Part shown: one piece after another, positions 38,400 through 51,937 of the stretch
Layout of the letters: each line of letters begins with the position of its first letter
Position numbering within the stretch: the first letter of the stretch is position 1
Assembly: GCA_013265495.1 (NCBI GenBank)
Contig: MU057987.1
Coordinates: 248,001 to 312,000, forward strand
Length of the DNA stretch: 64,000 nt
Direction: 5' to 3'
Source of the DNA: Vicugna vicugna
Lineage: Eukaryota
Program-made: the position numbers and the translations under genes
The notes under the pieces: generated by a model
Told to the model about the DNA's origin: nothing
The model's input: only the letters and a program-made list of their open reading frames with translations
Databases searched by the model: none

Positions 38400-40824
38400 C
38401 TTTGCAGAAGGGAAAAAAAAAACAAACCAGGATTCACTAAGCCAACATACTGTAAGTGTTTCCAGGGCTTTTGGGAAAGCAGTGTTATATAAAATCTTCA
38501 AATAATTTAGCCTAAGCAGTTGGGCCTTCAAATAATTTCCACCACCTCGGGGCAGGGCGTGATGGTGAGGAGGCATCTGGAGAGGAGAATGAATCGACCG
38601 GCAGTCTACCATGCGGAGAGATGTAAATAAAAATTGAAGAGGCCTTTATGCCGCAGCCATGATGGTATGTGAGTCACTTGGCCTAATATGTTAAGAGGAT
38701 TAGCGCTCAAGCTGCGTGAACTTTGAAATAGCCCAATGAACCTTTTGTGCTTTCCAGCTTAAATTGGTCCTCAGCAAGACCTCTCTGATCATCAGGAATT
38801 TGGCAGCCTGAGTACTCTGCTACACTCTCCAAAGCACGGTTGAGCCCCCGGGTGTCAGTACTGCAGCCTCTCCCCATATTTAAGGCAGCTGTATTTAAGA
38901 GAGAGCAGGAGGGCAGGGATGACCAAGGAGGTCGTGATGAAACCCAAAGTCTAAAATATGCCTCATTCATGCTGTCACAAACTAAATTTGCTTTAACCAA
39001 ATTAAGTATTAAAAAAAAAATAACCTCCAGGGGTTGCAACCTGCTTATGGCTTAATCGGTCAGAAGTAAAGCCCCTTCTCTAACCATTTAAACTAGAAGG
39101 GGCTTCAGTGGGCAATGAATGAATTCTCCCTATAGAATTAAAGGCACCATGCTATGTGGTTCATGTGGAAAACACGTCTGGAAAAGGAGTGGGAAGTCAG
39201 TAAAATGGCTATTCTCTTAAGAAGCCCTACAAATGATTACCTTTACACTTCAATTTCACAAAAACGGAGTGTATCCCCAACTAGAGAGGCACACTAAAAC
39301 ATCTTCCCATCACAAGCGGATCACTACACGTGCTGAACAACACTGAATGTCCACCGGACAGAAGCGTTCACAGGCCTCTGGGCATTTCCGTGTCCCTACG
39401 GACATCTGACAATTCAAAGGCATAGTTAAGGCATAGTTGTAGGATCATCCTAGAACACGTACTTCCAGAAAACAGAGGCTAAAAAAAAATTTCCCCTAAG
39501 GCATGCATGCCACCTCCAGATACAGATTTCACGAGGCCTTTCACTGGGGATGCCAATGGTTTCAGAATGAGTTTATATGAAACACATCATTCAGGAAGCA
39601 GCTGGGAGGCCCGTCCCTATGACTCTCCTGGGCGTCCTTTGAAGCTCCTGCCTCTGCTTCAAGGATATCGAATGACACGAACCCTTGTCTCCAGAAGGGG
39701 AAAAACGGAAGGACTACCTAAATACTTGAGCCAGCGCTATGTCATCATCACCAAAGGCAGCAGCTGAGAGCAGCAGTCAGTCCAGCCTAAGAAATTGTCA
39801 AGAACCAATAAAACTTGCCAATAGAAGAGAAGGTTCCTGGATTCAGATGCTGCCTTCTACAAAGCGAGGATGATCTATGTCATTCTAGGACAGAAAGCAA
39901 GAGGTGGCAGGGGTGGGAAGGCGAGTACTCCTTGATAGCTGTGCAGCGTTCATCTGGAAATGAGACTCTGTGTTTAAATTTCATTCTGGTCTTTTGCCAG
40001 AGCCAACGGGTTTGTGTAATAACTCTGTCATGTTCTTTTTTTCTCCTATCCCATGTCCACCGGTACTAAGCGAATTCGTGAGGAAACCAAGAGCTGGCTT
40101 GACAAAAGAGAAAATCAGTTGTAGAAGCAATGAATTTTTTAGCAGAAAATATATTGTATTTTTAACAAACCATGACTTCTCAGCTGAAGAAGATGTAATG
40201 CAGGATCAATTGCACGGGCTGAAATGCTCCGGCTCACCACAGATGTATTTTCGTTTATAATTATGTCATGCATGGAGCATTGCTGGGGCCCCATTCCAGA
40301 CGGGCTGGAACACCCACCAAGACATACATGTGATTGCTGTTCACAGAATTGTTAACTCTCCTTTGAGGACTTTATTGTGAAATTTTTTTTTTTTTTTTGG
40401 AAACCGAAATAAGCAGAGATCAAATGTGTTTAGCATTGCTCAGGGGTTTCCAGCAATCTGTGCAAACTCCTCAAAATATAATTCTTAGAAAAAACAGTAA
40501 TCTGAAAAATAAGCAAACTGTCAACGTATGTAGCTATTAAAATTCACTTTCCACATTTTCTTAGGTTTTAATTAGGAATGTGGTTCTCAAGAAAGTAGGC
40601 TGGCTGACCAGGCAATCCTGAGTTTCTGGCCAAAGGGTGTAATACCAAATCTTTTCCTTGATTTCAACCTTCACGATGCTCTGTGGCTCGTGACCTGATT
40701 TGCTTAGAAGATCCAAGATGTCCATTCTTGCCTTCAGCCCAAGCTTGCAGCCTTGGTCCAGACCCAACACTCTTCCACGAGGTCAGCAGGAAAGCGAGAG
40801 TGGTCCACGAGACCACTAACGCCC

Positions 40825-41065
40825 AGAGACTGACAACATAAACAAACAACGGCCAGCCCGTACATACAAGCAGAACTCTGACCCACGACCCACAACAGGC
40901 TGCCCAAGAAACTAACCCTGTACAATGACCAGCCCGGGAAACCAGACTGCTGCCTCCAGGAACAATCCAGGAGGCGAAACAGTAACTTCTGTAATAATCA
41001 GCCCCAAATGCCCAGGACTTGATTCAAACTGACGGCTTTCCCAATCTTTGATCCTGCTTCCAACA
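40825..41065 (+). mobile_element. MER110/MER90-like ERV1 LTR, partial
   Basis: agagactgacaa..agaactctgacccac..ccaggacttgatt..ctgacggctttccc..gcttccaac. Confidence 0.65.
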
Positions 41066-42554
41066 TCACAGAGGGCTGCAAAGGCCATTGTTGAGAGGGC
41101 TCTTCCTCGGAATGAGACGGGAAGGCACTGGAGAATTCAGAGCAGAACAGGGGACAAGGCGTGATTTAGGGCTTCGTGGGAATCACTGTGGAGGCCGTGT
41201 GAATGGGTGGACGCAGCTGGTGACGGGAGAGGCGGGGCACCCAGTTCAGGCACGACTGCAACATCCAGCTGAGAGACGTCCTGTGCTGGTGGTCCTGGAG
41301 GGGCTGATAAGTAGCTTGTTTACATAAATAGAAACAGGAAGTTACTCAAGCTAGACAAAATTCTACCTGAAACACTCCACTGGAAAATCCACTCTACATA
41401 TATCCTCTTGATGATGCTAGGTTAGCCGTACCACCTTTATACCTGCATATTAAACCAAAATTCACTATACGCTTTCAGCCTTTAGGCCCCAACTGCTTCA
41501 TTTTGTCAGAAAAACGTGTTGTTCTTGGATAATTAATAAGACAAATAACTAAATGCACTTCACATCAAGCACCTCTTATTTGCTTACAGTGTGTTTTCCA
41601 AATGAGGACCCTTTTAACAGAAAATGACTCTGAATACTTCCATTCAGCTGTATGTTTAGCGCCCACAGACAAAAACAGCACACAGTAACAAAAAGCGACA
41701 ATAAAAATCAGCAATGCTTGACAACGCAGTATTTTGTAAGTACAACAGCATCTCCACTCAACTGAAAAGTAATCACAGGTGCACAAAATCAAACGCTTGC
41801 AATTCACCGACCACATGTAAGATGCATAAAGCTTCACAGACCCCTGGTCATTGTCATGGAAACGGCCTCTGTAGAAAGTGAAACCCAAGTCAGACAGCTT
41901 TGTGATACACCGAATTCAGTCAGGAGCCAATCAGGAGCCACTTAAATAGGGAGGTCAGTTGTCAGAGGGACAGATGAGAAAAGCAATAATTCAGACTAGA
42001 AAGAAGTAATAAATGGATTAACAAAAGCCAGGCACCATGGGTTACATGAGTAGAGGCTGTGGACTGTAATTTTCCTTGAAAATCAAGGGGTGAGCTATCT
42101 CATACCCAAAGTTGTGCGCGAAGGTGATCGTGCCATTCAAGTGTGGGTTCTGCATCATCATGATTATAAAAGGAAGCTCACCTTAACTGTGACCACATCT
42201 CACACCCAACCAAAATCTTCAACTAGCCACCTCCTGGAGCTAATCACATAACGTAAAACTTAATTCCTTGGTAGGCAAAACCACAATTGTTTCCCTTAGA
42301 TGGTAAATTCTTTAGGAAGAAGTTAAATAAGTTATACCTCTTAGTGTACATATTTTTCATGTTAACTTTAGAAATAATCTATATATCAGATATTTCAAGC
42401 ATTGAGAACGCGTATGAGGATTTGACATAGTAGGCTGTTCCGATGCATAAGGTCTTATGATTTTGGTGGAAAACCTGCAAAGGATCAATTTAGACTTGTG
42501 ATGTTAACCAGGAATCTTACAAATGTGCATACTACATTGGGACATTTAAGGCAC

Positions 42555-42727
42555 TAGTTCTCAAACCTTCTCATCCTTCAGAACCACCTGGAGACTTGCT
42601 AAAACACAGCTTGCTAGCCAACCCCCGGTTTCATATTCAGCAGACGTGGAGTGGAGTCAGAGCTTGCATTTCTAGAATTCCCAGGCGATGCTGCTGTCCT
42701 AGAGATCACACGTGTTAGGAGACACTG
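42555..42727. mobile_element. MER5A MITE
   Basis: gttctcaaac..cagaaccacctggagacttgctaaaacacag...ttgcatttcta..ttcccaggcgatgctg. Confidence 0.85.
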
Positions 42728-43998
42728 ATTCACAGGACAATAAGATTTACTTTATTCATAAGTAATTCTTATAGTTCTAATAAATCTACCTTAAGAATTT
42801 GGGAAACTTAAATCAGATTATAATATTAAATTTATAAGTGCAACTTAAAGTATTTAAAGGTTAATGATATAAGTCCATAAATGGTACCAAACATTAATAA
42901 TGGGTCCCCCAAAATTTATCCATTATATATTGAAAAAGATTTGTAAGTTTAAGGAAATACTCAGGTTTTACTTGAGTTAACTTTATTCAACTGGATATTA
43001 GTATTTAAAATCAAAGTCACCACTGAATAATCCACCACTGAATAATCTTTCTGGGCAACTCACTCTTGAGAACATTAAAAAAATCCAACATTGACAGTAG
43101 TCACTCCATTTCCCAGAGCTTCCAAGCCCATGGATTGGGAACCTTTGGCATAAAGAGCTAGCTAAATGTTCACCCCTTTCCTAAACTATTTGATGCCTCT
43201 TCAAATGGTCTTACTCCTCAGCTCAGAGAGTCAGGGCTTGCTTTGAAGACAGTGGACTGAACAAAGAGTCCCACATCTTGATCGACTTTGTCTGCCACAC
43301 GAATGGATCTCCTGCAGACGCTCTGGGAGCTGTTCTCTCGGCTCCCCTCCTAACTGTCATTGTCTTCACGCACTGTGAGAGGACACCACAGAAGAAGAAT
43401 GGCATGTCGAGATCAATCTTCCTCCAGAGGCACTCCTTGAAATAATGTTGGAGAGCTGAGCTTTTGGAAGCCTTTACTTCTGAGACCAATTATCTCCCTG
43501 CTACAATGTATTCAGCCTTCACCAGCTTGGCTTTTGGACCCAGCTGTTTTCTGCAAGGCCAGATGTATTTTGAATCACAGATGTGATCATTCAAATTAAC
43601 TAAGTTTTCTGTGTTTTTAAAAAGGGACATTTATTAGCCTTCAGGGAATACTGTCCTTGGTTCATTTTCCAGGTTACAACAGTTGTTGTTCCTCATTTCT
43701 TTTAGACCTAAAAGTATAGATAATAAAAACACAGTGGAAGCACCTAAAGCTACCCTCTCATGCAAGGAAGAAATAGTGAAGGTTCTAGATTTCCACAGGA
43801 CTCCCCGCTCCTGTTGGAATCCAACTCTACTGAATGCTGAATGTCAATCATTGGTTAAGGTCAGATCCACCCTATGGCACCCTTAGAGTTTAGACATGTT
43901 TTATCTGGGTTGAAAGCAATCCGTTATTATCTGGGAAGCTTAATTTTTAATCTTAAGTCAAAATTTATAGCAAGTTGTCACCAAAAAGAAAAACTAGA

Positions 43999-44125
43999 GG
44001 GGGAGGGTATAGCTCAGTGATAGAGCACACACTTAGCATGCACAAGGTCCTGGGTTCAATCCCCAGTATCTCCATTAAAAAATTAAATAAATGAATCTTG
44101 TTACCTCCCCCTACCCCTCAAAAAA
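43999..44125 (+). mobile_element. tRNA-Ala-derived camelid SINE (vic-1 type)
   Basis: ggggagggtatagctcagtgatagagc...ggttcaatccccagtatctcca followed by an A-rich tail with ttacctcccc. Confidence 0.88.
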
Positions 44126-44829
44126 TTTTTGAATGGATGGTCAATTTCCTTTGGACTTCAAAGCACTGTAGTACTTGCAACTAGTTTTAGCAAAAGCTCC
44201 ATCTTAAAAGTTGTGCTGGTTTATTACAGGAGACACAGGCTAGAAAAACAGATTGTGTAAAGAGATGGTCAAATTCTGGTCTGGCCTTCCCTAAGCCTGT
44301 CTTCCCATTAAAAAAAGAGGAAAATACTACCTACCTAGTGCCTGGCACACAGATGATGCCTGATAAATCTTAGCTATGATTTTTTTTAACCTAAATGCCT
44401 ATCAATCAGAAAATGGTTAATTGCTCTGATGGAATTATATATGGCATCAAAAATAGTTTTGTAAAACTATGTAATGTTATAAAGTATAAAAGCATTAAAT
44501 TAGAGATAATATATCTAAGCTATTTTAAAAACTACATCTAGTAAAAATCCACCAAATTATGTATAAACTGTTGCAGAACTATGGTCTTTTCAAAATTATC
44601 CTTTCTACTCTTCTCTATTTGGGGGCTATTTTAATTTCATCAGTAGAGACCAAATGAATAAATTCAATAAACAGAAATTTTAAAATTGTGAATGACACTG
44701 CATTAGCATATTGAACTCTATTGTAAGTTACCAGCTGGTACTGTTACAGTACGTAACAGTTGTATCTTATGCTCTTATACACATATCATAATTACAGTAA
44801 AAGAAAAATGCATCTAAATCATTGCCTAC

Positions 44830-44851
44830 CTTGAAGACATTATCAGTAAAC
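44830..44851 (-). CDS. Candidate 22-nt microexon (FTDNVFK)
   Basis: Weak acceptor ctgctacaaag; donor AAG|gtaggc; included mainly because it restores phase. Confidence 0.15.
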
Positions 44852-47800
44852 CTTTGTAGCAGATTGGGTGGTTATTATTTCTCCCCATTTGACAGGTGAG
44901 AAAGAGCTGGGAACTGACACACTCAGTTTTGTAACTAACTGTCAGAGACACCAGCAACCTCGTGGATTAGGCTCATTGATCACACTGCTGACCACGCTCA
45001 AGGCTTCGTAAACCCTCACTGAACCAGCTGTGTGCCCAGGGGTTGGCTATACAGCCTCTCTGGTGTGTATCCTATCTACAAAATGGGAATGGAGACATCT
45101 TCCCTCCCCACTTCACAGGGTTTACAAGAGAACCCAACACCATAGTGCACATGGAAACTTTCAAATATGTACATTTAAGGTATTTTCTTGGATTCTTTCT
45201 AAATATTAAAATCAGCAACATGTATAGTGGATAACCATCTGCTTCACGTTGTTGGGAAGGCAACGGCCGCTTCAGAGATGCCCCCAATGTATTAGCTCCC
45301 CTTTCTTTCCTCTCTTGAAAGTAAGAAAATGTTAACAAAGCTGTAGTTTATAGAATTTGGGGAGTTTTTAGAGGTCATTTATTCTACCTTGCCACAACAT
45401 CTCATCATTTTACTTAGCCTCTGCTTGAGCACTTGAATTGAAAGAGAAACTGTCTCATGGGGTACTTGCCCTCTCTTGGCCTCTACAGAAAGTGTCATTC
45501 CATTTGCAAGTCTGTTTCAATGAGCTCCCATGGAAAAGAGGAAGAAAAGTAGCTTTTTTCAGTCTTAGGATTATAATCAAATACTGTTTAGAAACTTTTT
45601 TTTTTTTGCTTTTTCCCTTTTTCAATGCTCTTCTGCTGTGCCTGGATTGTTCATCTGAATGTCTAATTAGGAAGCTTCATCTTCCCAGGCTTTTCCTTGA
45701 GTTCTGTTACTCCGCAGGCAAGAATTTTCATTTTTAAATTTTCATGATATCAACATAATCCTATGTCATAAAATAGAAAGACTGGGGAAAAAATATTAGC
45801 TTCTTGGGGCTTAGTTGTGCATTATGGGTAGCAATTTGCAAATACTTTGCCTTGAACCTCAGAACTGGATCTGTAATGAACAAACCCCCTGCAAAGTAAG
45901 GACAGGAGTGAGTCCTTTCTGGACCATTCTGTCTGGATACCATGAGGTAAGAGAGTGTCTGAATCTTACAAGAACCATCACCACCTCGTTCAGAGGGAAA
46001 ACAACTCTTGCTGGTATCTATTTAGACAGAGATATGTTGAAATTTAAATACAAAAAGCATGCAATTTTACACATTTTCACTCGGCTCAGGCATTCTTCTA
46101 GTCACTGCACCTGCTCTTCAGTCTGCAATGAAGGGTAGGATAGCCAAGACTAGACGCTGTGTGGCTCCAACGGTCAGCTGGCCCTACTGCCCCACCTCAG
46201 ATGACGACGGCTTGTGAGACAGTCCTGAAAATTCATCTCGCCCCCAGCCATGGCACAAGCCTGCAAATGTGTCCACAAATTTGTCTAGGGATGTCCACAG
46301 GATGCTGAGGTTTCATTCATAATAAGGAAGCGTTCTTATGGAAAAAAGATACTGCATAACTTGGAAAACAACTTAATTGGGCTCAAAATGTTCTTTCGCA
46401 GTTGCAGGTGCTAGAATCCATCAGTTCCTCTCATTAACTCAGGCTTCAGGTGACTCGTGGTGGGAGGGATCCAGCCTACAGAACCGTCCATTCTCTTCAT
46501 TTGCCCAAAGAGTTAAAGGAGGGCTCTGTTATCTGGAAAAGCAGCCGTCTCTCTCAGAGTGAGAGGACTTGCGTGAGTATTTCCCAAGGAAATCCGGGCT
46601 GCTCACAGCAGCTCATTCTTAATCAGAGATCACCTGGGTATCATCACTCGGGCATCCCCAAATTTCTTCCTAAGAATTTCAAGAGGCTTTTACCGCCCTA
46701 GGTATGTGGAGTTTCTTGCATGCTTAAGAACTGAGTTCTGTGGTGAGGTTTAGTCCGGCTATTTCCTTGTTCTCAGCAGCCAGGTGACGCCTGTCACAGT
46801 GCAGAAATAAATGCTGATGCTGTGCTCAGGATAAGGAAGAGGCGCCTGCTTGCCATCTGCGGTGCTTGACTCTGGCTGCCTCCTACGCGTGCCTCTTTTT
46901 CATAGGGAGGGAGGCATGGATGTGGTCAATGTGAGGTATTATCAGTTTTTACTTATTTATCACATAACTTTACATAAATAAGATTATATAAGTATTAAAC
47001 TAATGTCATAAAAGTTAATTTTCCTTATGTCAGTTTCAAACCATCCTCCAAAAAACACAGGGAAAAAACAATGAAAAATGGGGTTCAAAGTCTTCCTTAC
47101 ATTATCTTTAATAAGAAACTGTCTTCAAAATATCAAGTACCCAAGAATGCTGAGATAAATGATTGCAGAGGATAAAAAGAGAATTAACTTAAAATTTCTT
47201 CCTTCTGTTCTATGGACCTGGAGGAACAGCACTTAGACAATGTTTTAGGTGAGTGTAATTTTCCAATATGATCTTTCCTTATCTTTTCAGAATCTGACTT
47301 ACAGAGAGAAATGTGAGTGCTGGGGAGCCATAATTTTCTCTTTTATGGAAAGAAACGAGCCCAAAGAAGCAGCAGAGCAAGTGACCAGCAGAAGTGGGAG
47401 ATGGGCAGTAACTATGCCTCATATGAAAACCAACATTTAGAGGAAGGCACCGCCACCACGGTCCACACTAACACATGCAGCTGCTACAGAGGCTGGGGAC
47501 ATCCCAAGGCTGTGACCAGGAGGCTGGGCGTCTGAGTGATGACAAAAAGGCTGACCCCCAGGTCAGGAGCGCTGTCCCGTGAGCAGTGGGGAGGTCCAGG
47601 CAAGGTTAAAGAGCTTATTAAGTTCAACAAAGTTCCCACGCTGTATCCGTGCTCGGTTTCCTCATTTTCCTGGACAGCTTATCAACGTGGACATGGACAG
47701 CTCAGTGCCATGACCCTGCCAAAGCTGGGTTTTGAGTGAGGAAGACGGCCAGGGCAGGGGCAAAAGGACAACAGACACGGGGAGAAGGTAGGGGACACCA

Positions 47801-47899
47801 AAGGGGGAAGAGGAGTGAATCAGCCTGTCCTCGGGGAGAAGAGCGACACTAAACGCCCAGATCAGCAAACGCCGGAGTGAGTGCTGGTGCCACTGGACC

Positions 47900-48745
47900 C
47901 AAAGGGTTAATGTTCCTTCCACATAAAGAGCTTCTAAATACAGAAAAGGAAAAAAACACCAACAAGCCAATAGGAAAAAAAAATAGAAAAAGGCCCTAAA
48001 AGATCACTGGGGCCAATGTGAAGGAGCTTTCACTGGCCAAAAGCCAGAACAATTTGAGCAAAGAAAAAAAACAATGTACTGAAGCCCATCAAATATACTT
48101 TTAAAATCCATGAATTCAGAGTAATATTAAAGAGGCATGAAATTATAATGCTAAAAATTAAAAAAAACACATTGGTCATCCTAGGCAGTTGCTAGCGTCC
48201 CAACTCACTCTGAAAACTGATAAAATCAAAGACTCGCCCTTCTGTACAAACTGCATTTCCAATAGTAGGTGAGGGGACGTTCTCCAAAATGCAAAAAGAA
48301 TTACAGGCCTAGAAACATCACTGCTTTGAAACCCATAGTCAATTAATGGATACAGGCAATGACTGTCATGAATATTAAAGCCATCAGGTAAAATGTTCGT
48401 AGGGAATTTGGTAATAGGTGAACAAGCCACAACCACCTGAACCCGTGAAGTCATCGTGGCATCACTGAGAACCACCACCAGGACATGTGTGTCTATGCTG
48501 GAGCACAGTGAGGCATTCTCCTCTAAACAAGAACTCAGCATGAACAGAATCACTCTCTAGACTGGAGACCAACTTACAGGAAATACAGAAGATGGACAAT
48601 CCAAAGGACGCTAGAAGAAAACATTCACCTGAATCTAGGATGGGGTCTTCCTGCATGAAAAATGCACTGGTGTCCTGAACAAATCAAAAGAATAAAAAGG
48701 AAGTGAGGGGTAATAACAGTTCTAGAATAAGTGAGAAGTAAAGGA
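47900..48745 (+). mobile_element. L1MC4/5-type 3'UTR fragment
   Basis: ggggccaatgtgaaggagct..actggccaaa..aacaatttgagca...aactcactctgaaaactgataaa. Confidence 0.7.
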
Positions 48746-48750
48746 GAACA

Positions 48751-49078
48751 TATGGGAAATCTAAAAAACCAAAACAAATGAACAAAAATAACAAATAGTT
48801 ATAGATACAGAGAACAGGTGGTTCCCAGATGGAAAGGGGCTGGGGGGAGGGGAAATGCAGGTAAGGGAGATTAAGAGGTACAAAGTTCCAGTGGCAAAAA
48901 AATGAGTCATGGTATGAAATGCAGTTTGGGGAATATAGTCAATAATTATGTAATATCTGCATACAGTAACAGAGGACAATTAGACTTATTGTGATCATTT
49001 TGAAATGTACAAAAACATCAAATCACTATGTTGTGTAACAAAAATTAACAGTGCTGTAGATCACTTACAGTTCAAAAA
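48751..49078 (+). mobile_element. L1 3' end (tandem copy 1)
   Basis: tatgggaaatctaaaaaaccaaaacaaatgaacaaa..atagatacagagaacaggtggtt...aaatcactatgttgt. Confidence 0.85.
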
Positions 49079-49079
49079 A

Positions 49080-49460
49080 AAACTCACTCATAAAAAGATC
49101 AGATTTGTGGCTACCAGAAGCAAAGGGTAGGGGCAGGGGGAAACTGATGAAGGCTATCAAGAGGTATGAACTTCCAGTTATAAGATAAGTACCAGGGATG
49201 TAATATACAACATGATAAACATAATTAGCACCACTGTATATTATACACAAAAGTCGTTAAAAGAATAAATCCTAAGAGTTTTCCATCACAAGAAAATTTT
49301 TTTCTATGTCCCTGAATTTTTTATCTATGAGATGATGGATGTTCACTAAACTTGCCGTAATAGTCATTTCATAGTGTATGTAAATCATCATGCTGCCCAC
49401 CTTAGACTTATACAGTGCAGTATGTCAACTATATCCCAATGAAGCTGGAAAAAAAAAACT
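49080..49460 (+). mobile_element. L1 3' end (tandem copy 2, different subfamily)
   Basis: aaaaagatcagatttgtggctaccaga..acttccagttataagataagt...gtatgtcaactatatc.caat..agctggaaaaa. Confidence 0.85.
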
Positions 49461-50348
49461 AAATACAAGATCTGCCTCTTGATTCAAATATACTAACACT
49501 AAAAAGACACATTTAAGAAAACGGGAGCTTGTCTATCTCAGCCAGTGAGCCAAGGGTCTCATAGTTTTTATGATTGTCTTTTCATTAGGAAATAGACCGG
49601 TTTCCCCCCACAGGTGGCACAGACTAGAATTTTATATCTCACAGGACACTTTCTAAATCATCCTCATAGATTTTAATCATCTGTAGCTATCCCAACATCT
49701 CTCAATACTTTCTTTACATTTTCTTAATTTCCCACATTTAAAGTCCCTCTTTCTCCCAGTAGAAAAGACTCCTCTCTCCAGACTCCTAAGCAGAGCAGAT
49801 TCTCACAAGGAGACACACGCATGCCCTGAACTTGGAAACTAGAGACAGGAAGCAGCGGCTGTGAGGCGTGCTTGCAGACCCACGAAGCCGCGGCAGTGCC
49901 AGAGCCGCCTGGGTTCAGGACCACAGGTGCTGGACAGCAGCGATGCCCGCAGTGGGCTGGGCATCCTTCCTGGTGGCAGCTTCAGATTCCAGCTCCCTGG
50001 ACCTCCAGGAAATTTCTTTCTGTTGAAAGCCAACAGGGTGATAACACTGTTTGCAACCCAAGTCGCATCCACCCAGAGCCTCTTTGCTGTGTCCCTGGGC
50101 CAGCAGATAAAGCATTCTAGCCTTCCACGAAATGAACTGGTTTCTTGAACAAGTCAAATGATCTAAAAGGGTGTGTTCAAGGATGGTTTAGGCTTTCAAA
50201 GGACTCGGATTTATGCAATTATCTCAGTTCTAGTTCCCCATCTGATGCAGGCCCAAGGTTCCCTCTCCTACCCCTTTCTGGGCATTAACATCTCAATCCC
50301 CAGCCCCACCCCTGCAGGGCTTGTGATGCTGGATTTGATTCTCTCCTC

Positions 50349-50546
50349 TAGGGGTCAGCAAACGATGGCCTGTTTCTGTAAATAAAGTTTTGTTGCAACA
50401 CCGTCACTCACTCATTTCTGAATTGCCTATTACTGCCTTTGATCTGGAATGGCAAAACTGAGTAGCTACAACAGAGACTGAGATGGCCCAAAAGCCCGGA
50501 AGTATTTACCATCTGGCCCTTCACAGAAAATGTCTACCAATCTCTG
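50349..50546. mobile_element. MER58A hAT-Charlie MITE
   Basis: aggggtcagcaaac..tgtaaataaagttttgttg...tatttaccatctggcccttcacagaaaa. Confidence 0.88.
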
Positions 50547-51029
50547 CTCTACTACGTCAGGATGGCTTTGAGTTTCTTCATTTCTGACACCATGTGATTC
50601 TTCTTGTTTCAAGCTTGAGAGAAGGATTCTAATTTTTGTTTTCTCTCTTTGGTGGAAGACAGTTCTCGCCAGCTTAGTGTACCACGCTGCCAAGAGTTCC
50701 GTGTATAACATGCACAAACCTGAACTACAGGAGAAAAATTTCCTGACGTCACAGAAAAGAGGGAGGGACACAGGAATGATAACAGTGATGCCACTTAGAA
50801 TGTATTAACATGCACACCCTGATACCTTGTCTTACCAGCACATAATCTCCTTATATACCCTAAAGCTACTTTAAAAGCTCTGAAAATATGTTCCAACTCT
50901 CTTTCCATTCATAAATACCAATTAAGAGTCACAGATAATTGTCCAGGCCTCTTATGGATGAATATTCATCTATTTGTCAATTCTTTGGTCAATGGGGAGA
51001 CAGCACAGCATCAATTTTAGGCAGAACAG

Positions 51030-51250
51030 GGAGAGGCGACTGGGGAGTCCAAGTCCATGTGGCTCTTCTACTTAATCACTCTGGGAGCCGGGAGGAGTTA
51101 CATGAATTCTCCAGCCTCAGTTTTCTACCTACAGAAAGGAATTCACAATAACTTCCTTGCAAAGTTACTGTGAAGGTGAAGTTGATCCACACACAACATT
51201 TAGCTTAGTGTCTGTTACACAGCGAGAGCTTGGGTAAGCACTAGCTACCT
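51030..51250 (+). mobile_element. MIR SINE
   Basis: ctccagcctcagttttctacctacagaaaggaa...aagttactgtgaagg. Confidence 0.65.
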
Positions 51251-51887
51251 ACTATCATCATCGCCGTCAGTGTTATTGGTGACCTGTGGTCATGGAAAAC
51301 AAAACTCTATAAATGGACACGTATTTTAACCCTGCAGTGCTAACAGAAAAAAAAAAGTTACTTTCCTGTTTCTCTAAGTCAAATTTCGTATGTTTAGAAA
51401 CCACCCCACTATGATGGCAGTAAGTCCTTGGTCATCACTGAGCTGCCTCCCCGCCCATCTTGGCTTGTTCACGTTTCTTGTGGTGCATACAGAATTCACA
51501 TCTTCATAAGGCTGACTTTCCTTATTCTACACTCCTTCTGTTGACAGTTCTTGAAGAAGGGCAGGTCCGTAACTTGCATGCAGATTCCCTTCACCTCACC
51601 AGGGTGCGAATTTCAGTGATCAGTTCCCACCACCACGGTCCCTGTTAGTATCCGAGACCCCTGCTTCTCAGGACACTTCACATGGATACCAAGTAACACT
51701 CCTAACAGCACACAGTGGGGAAAGAGCATCCGCACCACTCCCAAGAGAGGCCAAGCAGCTTTGCCAACATGAGGGCCTCACGACGTCAGTGAGGGACCCC
51801 AGCAGAAGCACCAGGTCTCCCAGGGAGTGCAAAAGCAGAAGGAAGCACCCACAGCTCGGCAGATGAGGCTGCTTTTGGAAGGCTCAC

Positions 51888-51937
51888 CTGTAGTATCCGA
51901 CAAACTGCATGAGTGCAGCAACACCTGCAGCAGGCAG
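51888..51937 (-). CDS. Candidate 50-nt exon (LPAAGVAALMQFVGYY; all three frames open)
   Basis: Strong acceptor tgctttctcttctcgcttcag and strong donor CAG|gtgagc. Confidence 0.5.

Noticed and set aside
29173..43050. Short tandem duplications (ttacatggggta x2 ~29173, aaggcatagtt x2 ~39417, tcaggagcca x2 ~41919, cactgaataatc x2 ~43021)
   Set aside because: Isolated two-copy slippage events. No repeat-spacer periodicity, so not CRISPR-like.
43215..43373. Minus-strand exon candidate (ctctcacag|TGCGTG... to gtaag)
   Set aside because: Every frame hits a stop before the GTAAG donor. It could only be non-coding or a decayed exon.
43999..44075. tRNA-Ala gene
   Set aside because: Stem mismatches and a SINE-type A-rich tail, with sibling copies flanked by TSDs: a SINE, not a functional tRNA.
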